A stretch of DNA of 62,999 nt, counting the filler, from Aduncisulcus paluster (lineage: Eukaryota), in assembly GCA_024181965.1 (NCBI GenBank). It is 11 parts of 11 records of this genome, joined end to end, with 100 filler letters (N's around TTAATTAATTAA, not from the genome) between each part and the next. Parts side by side here need not be neighbours in the genome. Positions count along the whole stretch, not along the records: positions 2,573 to 17,127 come from BQXS01009753.1; positions 17,228 to 18,933 come from BQXS01009754.1; positions 19,034 to 26,296 come from BQXS01009755.1; 8 more parts are not named here. One strand, given 5' to 3'. Position 1 is the first letter of the stretch, and each line of letters starts with the position of its first letter. A program made the position numbers and the translations under genes. The notes beneath the pieces are model-generated. The model made no database searches. It was not told where the DNA came from and was given only the letters and a program-made list of their open reading frames with translations. Below are positions 10,683 to 23,000 of this stretch, piece by piece.

Positions 10683-13600
10683 ATGAATAGATTATACCTT
10701 TTATTCATATCCATTTTAAGTTTGTGTCTTGTGATTTCGTGTACCACTGATCTTCAAGATGGTGCTACTACTCTTGTCCACCCCGAGACCCAAACAACTG
10801 GATATACGACTTACAGATTTGAGAATTCTACAGAAAATTCAGTTGTTATTATTGAATTCGTGTGTCCCGATGGGACAGATCAAACGAGTAATCTGTGGAT
10901 ATGCTATAATAGTACTTGTGGTTCTTCAGACCGTTTGAAGATATTAGATTGCAATCAACGAGTTGAATGGGAATACTCCGATCGTCAATCCAAGCCTGAA
11001 TATTTTATGCAAGTTCATGGTTCATCCACTGACGATGATTTGTATTTGTGGGCAACAAGTGCTGATCGTCTTTACCAGAATCAGAATGTGGTCTTTACCC
11101 TTGAGGATGATGGTTATTACTATTATATTCACTTCTTCTGTACCTCTTTGCTGAATAGTGATGTAACTCTTTCTGTTGATGTTGAAGATATTGACATACT
11201 CGCATCTTGGAGCAATACCAGACCCCTTACCACAGATTCTGATTTAGATTTCTCTGCAACATCTCCTGACACATTGACCATTTCTAGGACAGATATTGAT
11301 AATGCTCTTAGTGATGGGTATGGTATGCTCCATCTTGCCCTCCATAACAGTTCTGGAGCCGCTGTCCCAACCGGAAATTTTTCTATGTCCGTTGATAATT
11401 TGACCCTTGCTGATGGTGTTCAGAGTCTTCGCTCTGTTGCAAAGTATCCTACCTGTTTGTCAACTGTCAATTTCACTCTTGACCCTACCGGTTCTGATGC
11501 CATTGCTCTTGCTGCCAGCACAGAAACTGTTGCTGAAGATCAAATTTATATTCTTGGTGGATTAACAGAACCCTTACAACTCACTGACAACCAGATGTTC
11601 GGTTCTACTGATGTTCAGGCCTACTCCATTCCTCTGGCTATGGCAACTGGCACACTAATCATAGGAGTTGGTCCCCAATCTACATCGCCACCAGATCCTC
11701 ATATCGATGTTACCTTGGCTAATGACATTGCCAATGGTCTTGTGAAGATGGATGTGATGCACTTGTTCTCTGCACCCATGTTCATGCCAAAAGACGTATC
11801 ATTCCCAACGGCAACCGATCAAGAGGAACAGTTCCATGTTGTTGCAACTCAACAAATGACTCTTGCACAACCAAACGTCCACACAACTGCGACAATGTCC
11901 TTGTATGGTGATGAATATGGTGCTCGTTATGCCACTCCATTCAACCACTCTCCAGTCATCCTCTCGAACAATGTGAGCATGGACTATCAGTTTGGATTTC
12001 GTGCCAGCCACACTGGTAATGAAACCCTTAACATCTGTTCGTCACAACCCAGTACTCTCAATGATTCTGTCCTGCTTCAGTGTGGTGCTGCTGCCTCTCC
12101 TACCGGCCGTGATCTTGTTCTTCCCACTACTTACGCTGCTCGTGGAACAGTGATTTACACTTCTGTTGAGTTGTCTGATGCTTCCGATGCTACTTTCGAT
12201 ATTGACATGCTCAGTGGGCCTATTTACAATATTACAACAGATTATCTCGATTCTGAGTTGAGTTCAACCAATTATGACACCTTCCAGCTTCGGATGTCTG
12301 TCCCTGTAACTGCTGACAATGCTTTGGAGGGATTTACACTTTATGTTGATGATATCATCTCAAGTGGTGCTACAATTAACGTATGTATTGGTGTAAATGC
12401 CACAGGGACCACGACATTCAGCCCGATGATCGAGTGCTCCGATGCTGGATTGATGATTTCCACATCTCTTACAGATTCCTCACTCACTCTTCCAATTACT
12501 CAGGCAGCCGGTCTTACTGCGGGAACCATGTATATTGTCATTGATAATGTTACATCCACCATGACCATGCTTAACTTCCAGTTGACTTCCTCAGCAACTC
12601 CAACACAATCCATGTACGAGGNNNNNNNNNNNNNNNNNNNNGTCTGATGCTTCCGATGCTACTTTCGATAGAAACAACCTCAACTCAACCATTTCTCAGA
12701 GAACATCGTTCATTTCAGAATTTTGCCGAATATATTGCTTATTTGAGGAATGAACATGTTCGCTCGAAGAATCTAGCAAGGATGGCACCAATNNNNNNNN
12801 NNNNNNNNNNNNTGCTGCCTCTCCTACCGGCCGTGATCTTGTTCTTCCCACTACTTACGCTGCTCGTGGAACAGTGATTTACACTTCTGTTGAGTTGTCT
12901 GATGCTTCCGATGCTACTTTCGATATTGACATGCTCAGTGGGCCTATTTACAATATTACAACAGATTATCTCGATTCTGAGTTGAGTTCAACCAATTATG
13001 ACACCTTCCAGCTTCGGATGTCTGTCCCTGTAACTGCTGACAATGCTTTGGAGGGATTTACACTTTATGTTGATGATATCATCTCAAGTGGTGCTACAAT
13101 TAACGTATGTATTGGTGTAAATGCCACAGGGACCACGACATTCAGCCCGATGATCGAGTGCTCCGATGCTGGATTGATGATTTCCACATCTCTTACAGAT
13201 TCCTCACTCACTCTTCCAATTACTCAGGCAGCCGGTCTTACTGCGGGAACCATGTATATTGTCATTGATAATGTTACATCCACCATGACCATGCTTAACT
13301 TCCAGTTGACTTCCTCAGCAACTCCAACACAATCCATGTACGAGGGGATTCCTTTTTCTGCCACGTTTACTGATGTAAACCCCAAATATAAGCTTTTATA
13401 TCCTCACTCTGGCACGGATGATGATGTGATGTTCTCTTTTTCTGTTGGAAGTGATCCCACAGTTGATCTTCCCAGTCCTATGAACGTGTTCATTAGTCGT
13501 TCCGACACCTTTGACGATAATCCAACATTTGTCCTCAACTCAAACAAACGTCAATATACTTTCACACAGAGTACATTCAGTAGCTATGACGATATTCATG

Positions 13601-15840
13601 TCATGCTTGTACCAGAAATACCTCCAACTGTCGATGATTCTTATACCATGGACTTTATTGTGGTTGGAGCTATTTCTCATGCTTTGTCTAACAGTACCAC
13701 GACCTCCGCTGACATCCCTGATGCTTCTGCATCGACAGGAAATGTGAATGGTCTTGTGTATTTCAGGTTTACTCCTGATCAAGAGAATGATATTCTATTC
13801 CACTTCACCCAGGGCGCAAGCACATCTGGCTCTTATACTTCTGTGTGGTGGCTCTGTGTTGATCGTGCCCCAGTCAATTCGACCGATACTGATCACTGTG
13901 TTCTTCAAGACAATACTGAGGGAACAAATCCTTCCTCGAACTTTGAAGTGAGTGTAACCTCAGCCACTGCCATGGCCGATTATCTCTGGCTCATGCAGAA
14001 TGTCGATTCTGGAGATGGGTCTGGTGCGTCAATCAGTGTGGTTGTCTACCTTGACATGGAGTTGGATTTGAATGGATCTCACGAGATTGACGATCTTAGA
14101 GTTGGCGGAAAAGACCGCTATTTCAAGACGACACTCGCCAATACCGATTATCTGAATGATCTCCATTCATGTTCGGTTGAGTTCGTTGGATCTCCTGTCG
14201 ATGTGAAGGCCACAGTCTGTGTCTCGGTTACCAACGAACACCCTTCCATTGACAATACGGCCAATTGTATGAATGGAGTCCAAACTGTCCCCTTTGTGAT
14301 GGATATTGATTCTCCATCGAATGGGTTTGTATTCTACACTGTGAGAGTTGCAGCCAATGGAGACGATCCAAGTATCGCTGTTGCTCTGAATATCACCACA
14401 AGACAACACATTCCACTTGACACAATGGGCGACCTTAATATATCGATCTCTTCGACCTCACTCAATCCTCTCTATTACCGGTACACGGTTCCAAACGGAT
14501 TCAACGGTTCTGCCAATGCCATATTGCAACCTACCGATACGACTCAAACATGGTTCAATCAAGCAATCGTCTCTCTCGATCTTATTTTGAACTCTGATTG
14601 GAATAACAACAACAACGACAATGTCTCTGGTTTGGCTTCAAAGGGAGTTCTCTTTGCTCATTTAACAACGGTGTCCGATATCGTCGGATCTCCTTACATC
14701 GATATTCAGTTGACACGCAATGATACATATTTCCCCACAAACTCGACAATCCCCTTCACTCTTCGTCTTGAGAGATCTGACTCTCTCGACAATGAGGGAT
14801 TTACGACCGAAGTTAAAATGTTGAACACCTTCTCTTCTGCCACCCTCGACGCCACTTCCGGCATTCCACAGAGACATGCTATATACCCATTTGCCCAACC
14901 TGCCGACATTACTGTTGAGCCCTGTGTCGGACAGATTGATACAATGGCCTTCTCAAGGTTCTCATATAATCCATCCCCTGCTACCGCTGAATATTCCTCA
15001 TCACCCTCATATGGGCAGAGTGTGACATATCATCTTGGTGGTTCGACCGCTGGAGAAAGGAAAGATGAGATATATTATTTGGCTATCAATCCAAAGAATA
15101 CACAATCTTCCAACACAAAATACATGTATGAAGTCTTTGTTCTCTACTCCCCTATGCCGTATCCCAGACCTATTCTCATTGATGATTCACTGTCTTTCTC
15201 TGCATCTACTTCAGACGTGATCACTGTCAATTTTGCCCTTTCTGAGGCTTCCACGGGCAACACATTGACATATGCCGTGCTTGCTGTTCCTCTTTCCGGG
15301 AGTTCCCCCGATCCATCCAAAGATTATGTTTATACTTCTAGTTGTGGGTGTTCTCTTGGTGGACTCATTGTCAATCGTGGAGGTGTCTTTGCAAAAGTCA
15401 ATCCCGATGGTGTTCCTGGTGACAATGCTTCCCTCATTGTTGATATTCCCTCATCCATGAAAGGATGGTATGGCTTCAATGTCATTGTCCAAGATGAGCT
15501 CTCTGGCGTTCAGAATGCATACTCTGGATTCATATTAGACACTACTGACATCCCATTCGATAACAAGAGTTCTATCTGGAACGTTTTGTTCTGGATCTTG
15601 ATTTGTATCGGATGTGGAGCCATTATTGTTATTGTGATCGTCTGTATTGTCAATGGTAACAAGAGAAGCAAGACAAGGAGAGGAGGTTACTCAGCACTCG
15701 AAGAAGCTAACCAGGGAATTGCAGGTATGAATGTTGGAATGAATCCTGATGGCATGATGGATTACGAAGGGTATACATCAATTGCTGTGCACACTGCAAG
15801 CGACAGGAATGGTTATGTTCCGTTGGATGAGGAGTTTTAA
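10683..15840 (+). CDS. Large type-I membrane surface protein (~1477 aa after removing the 724-nt gap artefact)
   Basis: Signal peptide MNRLYLLFISILSLCLVISC, T/S/D-rich beta ectodomain with N-glycosylation sequons, TM IWNVLFWILICIGCGAIIVIVIVCIV, basic stop-transfer, and a tail with YSAL/YTSI/YVPL. The two ORFs merge in frame. Confidence 0.85.
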
Positions 15841-16199
15841 TAATATTTGATGAACTTGTGTTATATAAAAAATTATTATACTAAAATTTCTCCATTTCGT
15901 TATTTTGAATTTTTCGAACAAATTCAGCAAAATTTTAATCAGAATTTGTTGCTTTCCCAAATTATTGATCTTTATTTCCAATATCTCAGAAAAAAATTTC
16001 AAAAAAATCAATCTGAAAATCTTTCCAAAAATCGAATGCAATTCCTATTGAGATGAAGAATTTAAGGTCATAAAAATTGATTTTCCAAATTAAACTTAGT
16101 GATGTCATCACTGATGTGATCCAAAAAAATCAAATAAAATACGATTTATTTTGTTTATTATGGAGGAAAGATGTGTTTTTGATTTCCCTTGATATCAGC

Positions 16200-17127
16200 T
16201 TATTTACCTACTTTAAATTGGCTTGCAGCCTTGATTGCAGCTTCACGAGCAAGTTCTCTATCAACTCTTGTAGCGTTGAGTAACAAATTAGTTTTCCTTA
16301 ATTGCTGACTCAACACTTTATCACTTTCGAACCAATCAAACAAAGATACGGCCTTTCTTAACGAAACTTTGACGACAAATCCACTCTCAAATCCAAGATC
16401 AGCAAGAATAGCTTGATCGTTTGTGAGATTTTCACCAACATTTCGCTTTGGGTCGAAGTATGATAAGAAAATCTCTCTGGAATAAATTCTCAAGAGCTTT
16501 TTACATAATATTCTAACTCGACCAATACTAAAAGATATAGGTAACTTCTTTGTAATGTCATCACGAACAATATCATCTTCATGAACGCTATCTTCCTCTT
16601 CATCATAATACTCATATTCATTCTCTGCCTCCTCTTCTTTCTCAATGCTATCTTTAGTACCCTTCTCTCCCTCTTCTTCCCCTTCCTTTTCTTTCTCACC
16701 TTCGAATAAGGTAGGTTTTTCTTCCTCATCATCAACCTTCATATCAGCACCAATGTCATTCTTCTCTTTCCCGTCGGGTCCAATCTCGACATATCTCAAT
16801 ATTACCTCGATTGTACCTTCTTTCTCAGCACTCTCATCGACTATCCTCTGTCTTTGGACATGTCCAAGGGGATAGCACACACGTGGAAGCATGATATCAA
16901 ACATCTGGGCATAATAATACACTTGGGTTCCACACACAGCTTGGATTGTGTCACTGACAGTCGTGTCAAGGTTTGAAACCGTATCAGCAACCTTATCTTT
17001 CTCACCACTGACTGCAAAATCCATTTTTAGCTGCATATATATATTTCTAGCTTCAGAAACCAGAGATGCTCTTGCTTCCTTCTTTTCTCTGAACCTCACA
17101 GTACTCTTATTCAACACACCAACTTGA
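16200..17127 (-). CDS. TBCE: Tubulin-folding cofactor E-like, C-terminal part (LRR cap + ubiquitin-like domain), 5'-partial
   Basis: VLNKSTVRFREKKEA resembles the LRR C-cap. KKLPISFSIGRVRILCKKLL...LSYFD...LTNDQAILADLGFESG matches the TBCE Ubl pattern. Confidence 0.6.
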
Positions 17128-17227
17128 NNNNNNNNNNNNNNNNNNNNNNNNNNNNNNNNNNNNNNNNNNNNTTAATTAATTAANNNNNNNNNNNNNNNNN
17201 NNNNNNNNNNNNNNNNNNNNNNNNNNN

Positions 17228-18933
17228 GATGAAACTGAACATCGAACAAGCAAAAAACACGATCGGTGTGAGATGAGCATCTCTACCGGTGTGCAAAAGG
17301 AGCAACTAAAAGATGTAGATATGATCCACAAGCATATTGTTGAAGGACAAGAATCTGAGGAACAGGAATCTGAAGATGAGAAGAGTAGTGTTTCTCTCGG
17401 ACTCGATGATATTGAAATTGGCGGTATTTCTCAACAAGATATTCCTCAAACTTCTCTTCATGGTACTGCTAAACAAGATAAAACTGAAAAAGAGCAAGAA
17501 CTTCCACCTCTATCAACAGCTAACGTGTTAAAGGAAGGAAGAGAAACTCATGATTCTTCGAGGCTTCAAACATCTTCATTGTCTTCGAGAACGACTCATT
17601 TCTCCATTGTTCAGGTCTTTGGATGCTATATTTTGTGTCTGTTATCCTTGATATATGATGAGTCTCGCTTCATAAATCCTCTTGTTCAGTATAGTAGTTT
17701 ATCTCCTACAACATTCCCTCTGACTTTTCAACTGACCCACCCTTTTCAAGCATCAAAGATCACCATCACAGATCGCATGCACTTATTGTTTAACAATTCT
17801 AACGCAGAAATTGAGGAGAAAGGGGAAGAGGAAGAGAAAGAGGAAGGGGAAGGGGAAGAGGAAGAGAAAGGGGAAGAGAAAGAGGAAGGGGAAGAGGAAC
17901 ATGAAAAAGGTTCTGAAGAATCTGATCATGATTTTACTTCTACTATGTCCACTGTGTCAACTGTCGTGGAAGATGTGAATGAAGAAGAAGGAGTGGTTTC
18001 TGTGAGTGACAGAAGTGTAGAAGATGAGGAGAGTGATTACTCAGACGGATCTCCTCATTCGACTTCTTCTCTAACAAAAGAAACTTCTGAGGGAACTGAC
18101 AGAACTGAAGAGAGTGAGGGGAAAGGAATTGGAATAGGAATTGAAAGAAGAAGAAAGAGAAGCAGAAGAGGGAAGAAGAAGAAGTGGAAAGAGTAGTAGT
18201 TCACCCACTACTGCTACTGGAGATATTACTGGAGATGTTACTGATGAAGGAGAGCATGGCATTGATCATAAACATGCAAACATGTACATCCTTGAAGATA
18301 CACAAACCACAACGACAACACACTCTCGTTCCCATTCTGATCTTCAAACAGATGAGATCCCTGAGGTTAGTATGGATGGCAAGGATGAAGACCCTACATT
18401 TACATTTCCAAGGTCACCAATGGACACTGGGAACTTTCAAGCCCTTGCCAGCAAGCTTGGGAAGAAGTTAACGCCTTCCTCGACAATGGTAACTGGGTCT
18501 CCACTCAATGATCCATCAATGCTTCTTGAATTATCATCAAGATTGGAGAAGACTTCATCTTTAAATCCTGACTCAAATCCTGACTCAAATCCTGACTCAA
18601 ATCCTGACTCAAATCCTGATTCTGAGCAAGATCGCAGGTTTTATGAATTATATTATTCTGACTTGCACTACCCAAAATATTTCGTTGGTTTATTCTCTCC
18701 AAAAGCATTTCTAACCCTTGTTCACTCCTTATATTCCTCTTCTTCTTCCATCGACACTGATGATTTCTTACGCACACTTCTCTTCCTTGTCCCACCTTAT
18801 CTTACTTCCTGGATTCGCAATATGAGGGCCAAAAAAGATGAATCTGATGAGATCGTGAGCGAGGAGCGTGAAGAAAAGGAGGAGAAAGGTCGTTCTATAG
18901 CGGATAGCAGAGGAAGAGGAGAAGAAATGACAG
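17228..18933 (+). CDS. Hypothetical acidic low-complexity protein fragment, split by a +1 frame break at ~18141-18196
   Basis: Open from the contig edge. Two overlapping ORFs of similar composition run to the other edge. Confidence 0.6.
18563..18622 (+). repeat. 12-bp coding minisatellite (AAATCCTGACTC)x5 encoding NPDS repeats
   Basis: Four exact copies and one with a single mismatch. Confidence 0.95.
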
Positions 18934-19033
18934 NNNNNNNNNNNNNNNNNNNNNNNNNNNNNNNNNNNNNNNNNNNNTTAATTAATTAANNNNNNNNNNN
19001 NNNNNNNNNNNNNNNNNNNNNNNNNNNNNNNNN

Positions 19034-19595
19034 TATCCCCTCCTTTCCCAGTGTTGACAAAGTTTTCAGAAAAGATGGACAAATATATGGACATATCGTA
19101 GGAATGGAGATATCCATTAGTACTCAAGAAAAGCTCAAATGAAAGGTATTGATCAAGTTTCTCAGGCATTCCAGTCATTTCCAGTTCAGAACCCACGGAT
19201 ACATCAAAGCGGAAAGAATCTTCTTCAGAGATCTCACTTTCGGTCATGTGAGAAGCATCATTATAATAGCAAAAATAGAAAGTGACAGTAAGGGAGCCAT
19301 CTTCGATTATAAGGGGCAGAAATTCCTCATAACTAATAGTCGGTGTGCTTGGAGTTCCATTAAAGTAGATGGTCTTCCACTCCATCTCGCTAGCAGACCG
19401 CCATGAACATTCGCCAACATCGTTCGAAATACAATAAGTATAATATCCTGAATTCGCTGTTTGGACAGAAAACAGCAAACTAGTCGTGCTATAAGTAATG
19501 ACCGAAGAATTGTAGCTTGCAACGGTGAGAGGATATGCTTCTGAAAAAGTGAACAGAATACAAACAAAACAGACAAAATATACGGTTAAATTCAT
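19034..19595 (-). CDS. Secreted/surface protein, 3'-partial
   Basis: ATG at 19595 begins a signal peptide MNLTVYFVCFVCILFTFSEA; open to the contig edge. Confidence 0.65.
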
Positions 19596-20040
19596 GTTAG
19601 ACAAGAAGTTATTAAGAATTATAAGATCTAAAAAATTGAATATATGAACTAGGTGGTACAAAACAGAAACTGAAAATTCTCCAGCTTTCAATAGAAACTC
19701 GATTATCATTTAGATGAGTAAAACATGCTAAATGATTTATTTAGAGGGTAAAACCAAGGAGATAATTGTGTGAATGGCATTATAGCACGCTTTGGAGCGT
19801 AGAAGATTTTCACCACTGACAAGAAGGTCCAAAGTTGGAATTATCGTTGCAAAACGAAATTAGAATAAACCAAATTCCTAAATGATATATTAAACATCTT
19901 AAAAAACCTAAGAAAAGCAATAGTACAGTCACTACTAGTCTGATGAGTATCAGAGACCCATGATGGTGAATCAGCAAAATCTATACTTTATCTTTCTCTT
20001 TGGAAAGTAAATATACAGATATCGATATCTCCCTATTTGA

Positions 20041-23000
20041 TTACTTGCCAAGTAAGGCAGTGCCTTCCCATTTTGTTGCTTTCCCCCAATGAGTTCCAAC
20101 CTTAATTTCACATACAAGAGGAACTCCAGTGTCTTGCAAAGCATTATCGAGACATTTTTTCATACAAGAACATACAAACTCAGCGTCTTCTTCGCGACAT
20201 ACGCATATCAATTCGTCATGAAGCTGCAAAAGAGGCAGAGGAAGGGCAATTGAAGAGGAAGAAATTCTTTTCTTCAGTTCATCTTTACCATATCTTAAAC
20301 ACACTGAACTAAAAGTAATTAAAGCATTTTTAAACACGTCTGCCGCACTCCCTTGTAAAATAGAATTCAGAGCTATCCTACAAGTTGCATGTGAAGACAA
20401 GGAATGTTTTGGTCCCTTGAGAACAATATGATGCTTTCCAATTGTGTTATTGCTGCCAATGTTTTTTTCAGATATCTTCTTCTTTGTTCTTGCACCTTTC
20501 CTATCTTGTTTCAACTCTGCCTCTTCTTTCTTCTCTTTCTCACGAATAGTCTCTTCCTCAACTTTTCTCATGCGGCCAGACATTGTTCTGACATATCCAA
20601 CTCCACTCACACAGACACTGACTCGATCTTTAAAGCTTGCAAAGGTCGGGAACAAGGAATTGATTCTGCTTCGAGCAAAAGCAGCTGTGGCGACAACAGG
20701 ATCCCGATATTTCTGCAAAAACCACTCTTCTTCAGCTTCTTCGTCAAACGATAACTCTTCTTCATCATCTTCTTCATCTTTCAAAGCATCTTCTCCATAA
20801 CGTCGTATTCTTTCTTCCTTTTTAAGGAGCATAGCTCTTCTCTTTCTTTCTCTTGCTCGCCTTCTTCTTTCTGCCATAACCTCAACTTTTACACCGACTT
20901 CCCTAAGGTTATTTCCGAGAGTATGGTTCCCAGCTCCATAAGTCATTGCATACATCATTCGTTTCGCACCTGCTCTAAACTTGGCTTTCTGCTCTTTCAC
21001 TCGTTGCATAGCCTTTTGATGATGCAACATCCTCTCTTCATCTCCGTGGAATGTTTCATCGCTTTCTTCAGAAAGGTCGTCGTATTCGTATTCGTATTCG
21101 TTAGAAGTTAGGTCGGAAGACACACCGGAACAACCAATAACATCCATACGATGTTTTTTGACCCTTGTTCGTCGATGAGGGTAAACTTTTCCCCATATAA
21201 GTTCCCCCAAAAGATCAAAGGGATCAGCTCCGGACTTTCCATCCACTCCAGCAAGTAATTCTTTCAGCCTGACATCGTTACTAAATTCTGCCATTAACCG
21301 TAGCTCTACTTGCTTGAAATCTCCACACACAAGGACACAACCAGGAGGAGCAGCAACCACAGCCCTTGGTTTAACAGAAAAGGTGCCCAAAGGGGGGAAG
21401 TAAGTAGGACTCATTGTATCTGGTGGGAACCGTAGACAATGAGCTCTCAGATCATCAAGAGATGAAAAGTCAAGTCGATTCGGAGGGTTAAATCCACTTC
21501 CACGAGATCTCCCCTCATCATCAAGAGCACTTGAACTCCTTCTTTTCCCTTTGCCTCTTTTAGATGATTCCATTGCCTTTGCCAGTAGAGCTTCAGTTTC
21601 GTCATCCTCAGCCATAAATTCCCATTCTTTTGCATCTGGATGACGTTCTTCCTTTGATTCGAATACATCACCAGCTTCAGTTCTACGAAGAGGAACTAAA
21701 AAGTCATGTGGTTTAGGAATCAACTGGAGGGGAGGTCTTACACTTGTCATACGGCCTGTCTGAGTATCCGTTTGTAACCAATGGGGACGAACAATTCCAA
21801 ATTCCTCATCTTTAAACACATATTTGGCACGTTTCTCTTGTCTTTCCGCCCCTGTGTGAGCATCTACCAGCGTTACAACTTCTTCTACTCTTTTTCTTAC
21901 TCTCCAAACACACCTTTCTTGAATATATCGACGTATTTCAGCGAGGTAACTCAGAAACTTCTTGGCACTTCGCAATTCTGATATTAGTTTTGGAACAATA
22001 TGATGATCATACAGTCTAATTAGATCATCTTTCTTGGTTGTCATATCCTTAGGAATGGCATTGATGGCTGGATTATTGATACCACTACAAGCAGAATGCA
22101 TAGAAGCTTTGCCATGACGTACTTCATTGGCATTCGTTCGACTATTCCCACCGCCAAGCTTGAACGAACTTTTCTTGGTAGTTACCGTCGTTGAAGATAT
22201 CTTAGCCGAACATTTGGATGCAATATTATTGCCAAGGGAACCCTTGTCGACTCGAGATATAGCCGTTTGTTGATCTCTTAAGCTTGATGGGTGAGGTTTT
22301 GGCACCCTGAGTTTCAAATCAATGTATAAAAGTTCAGTAACATCTTTTACACTCTGAAGGTTAATACTATCCGGACGGTGACTATAACTTCGAATCACAA
22401 CTTCATATCGTTGAATAATATCACTCAGCTGAGAAGCCAGTGTTTCTAGCGTGGATATATGAATAGGAACACCTATCAAAGACATTCGAGAAAGAAATAT
22501 AGTCACTGGCATCTCCAGCTTAGAAACAACAGATAAAACCCTCATTTGTTTCAATTTAGGTTGCAAATTAAGACTCAAAATGGAACTACGCCAAGCGTGC
22601 AACACAGATAACTCAAGACATTCCCTCCTTCCACTGTAAACACTCAATTGGTGCTGTTTGGATGATTCAGCAGACTGTAGCGGTTGGTTATTGATATCTT
22701 TGAATTGGACAGGTGGGTAAAAAGTGAACCCACTTGCCTCACGGGAGGAATCCATGTTTCTTTGTGCCCAAATACTTACACATGTATGGGACAAAGAAAT
22801 TCCATCTCCTTGCTCTTTCTGAGTGTTTCCTGTCACGAGATGGTTCGAAATGATAGGGTCAGAAAGAGGATAACGAGCATACCCAGATAATGGCATCGAT
22901 TCTAAAAATAGACTATCAAGATTGAGAAAGAAATCTTGGAGTCCGACAGTTGTCACCATCACATCACGAGACCCCAATAATCTCTTTAGTTGGGGCAAAA

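Noticed and set aside
12089-13345. Internal domain duplication or two-gene split of the surface protein (likewise 5073-5694, 34915-35282, 51218-51820)
   Set aside because: Identical copies flank 20-N gaps; these are unmerged contig overlaps.
19938-19975. CTGATGAG as a hammerhead ribozyme core
   Set aside because: No stem II/GAAA partner; only a small CTGAT/ATCAG hairpin.
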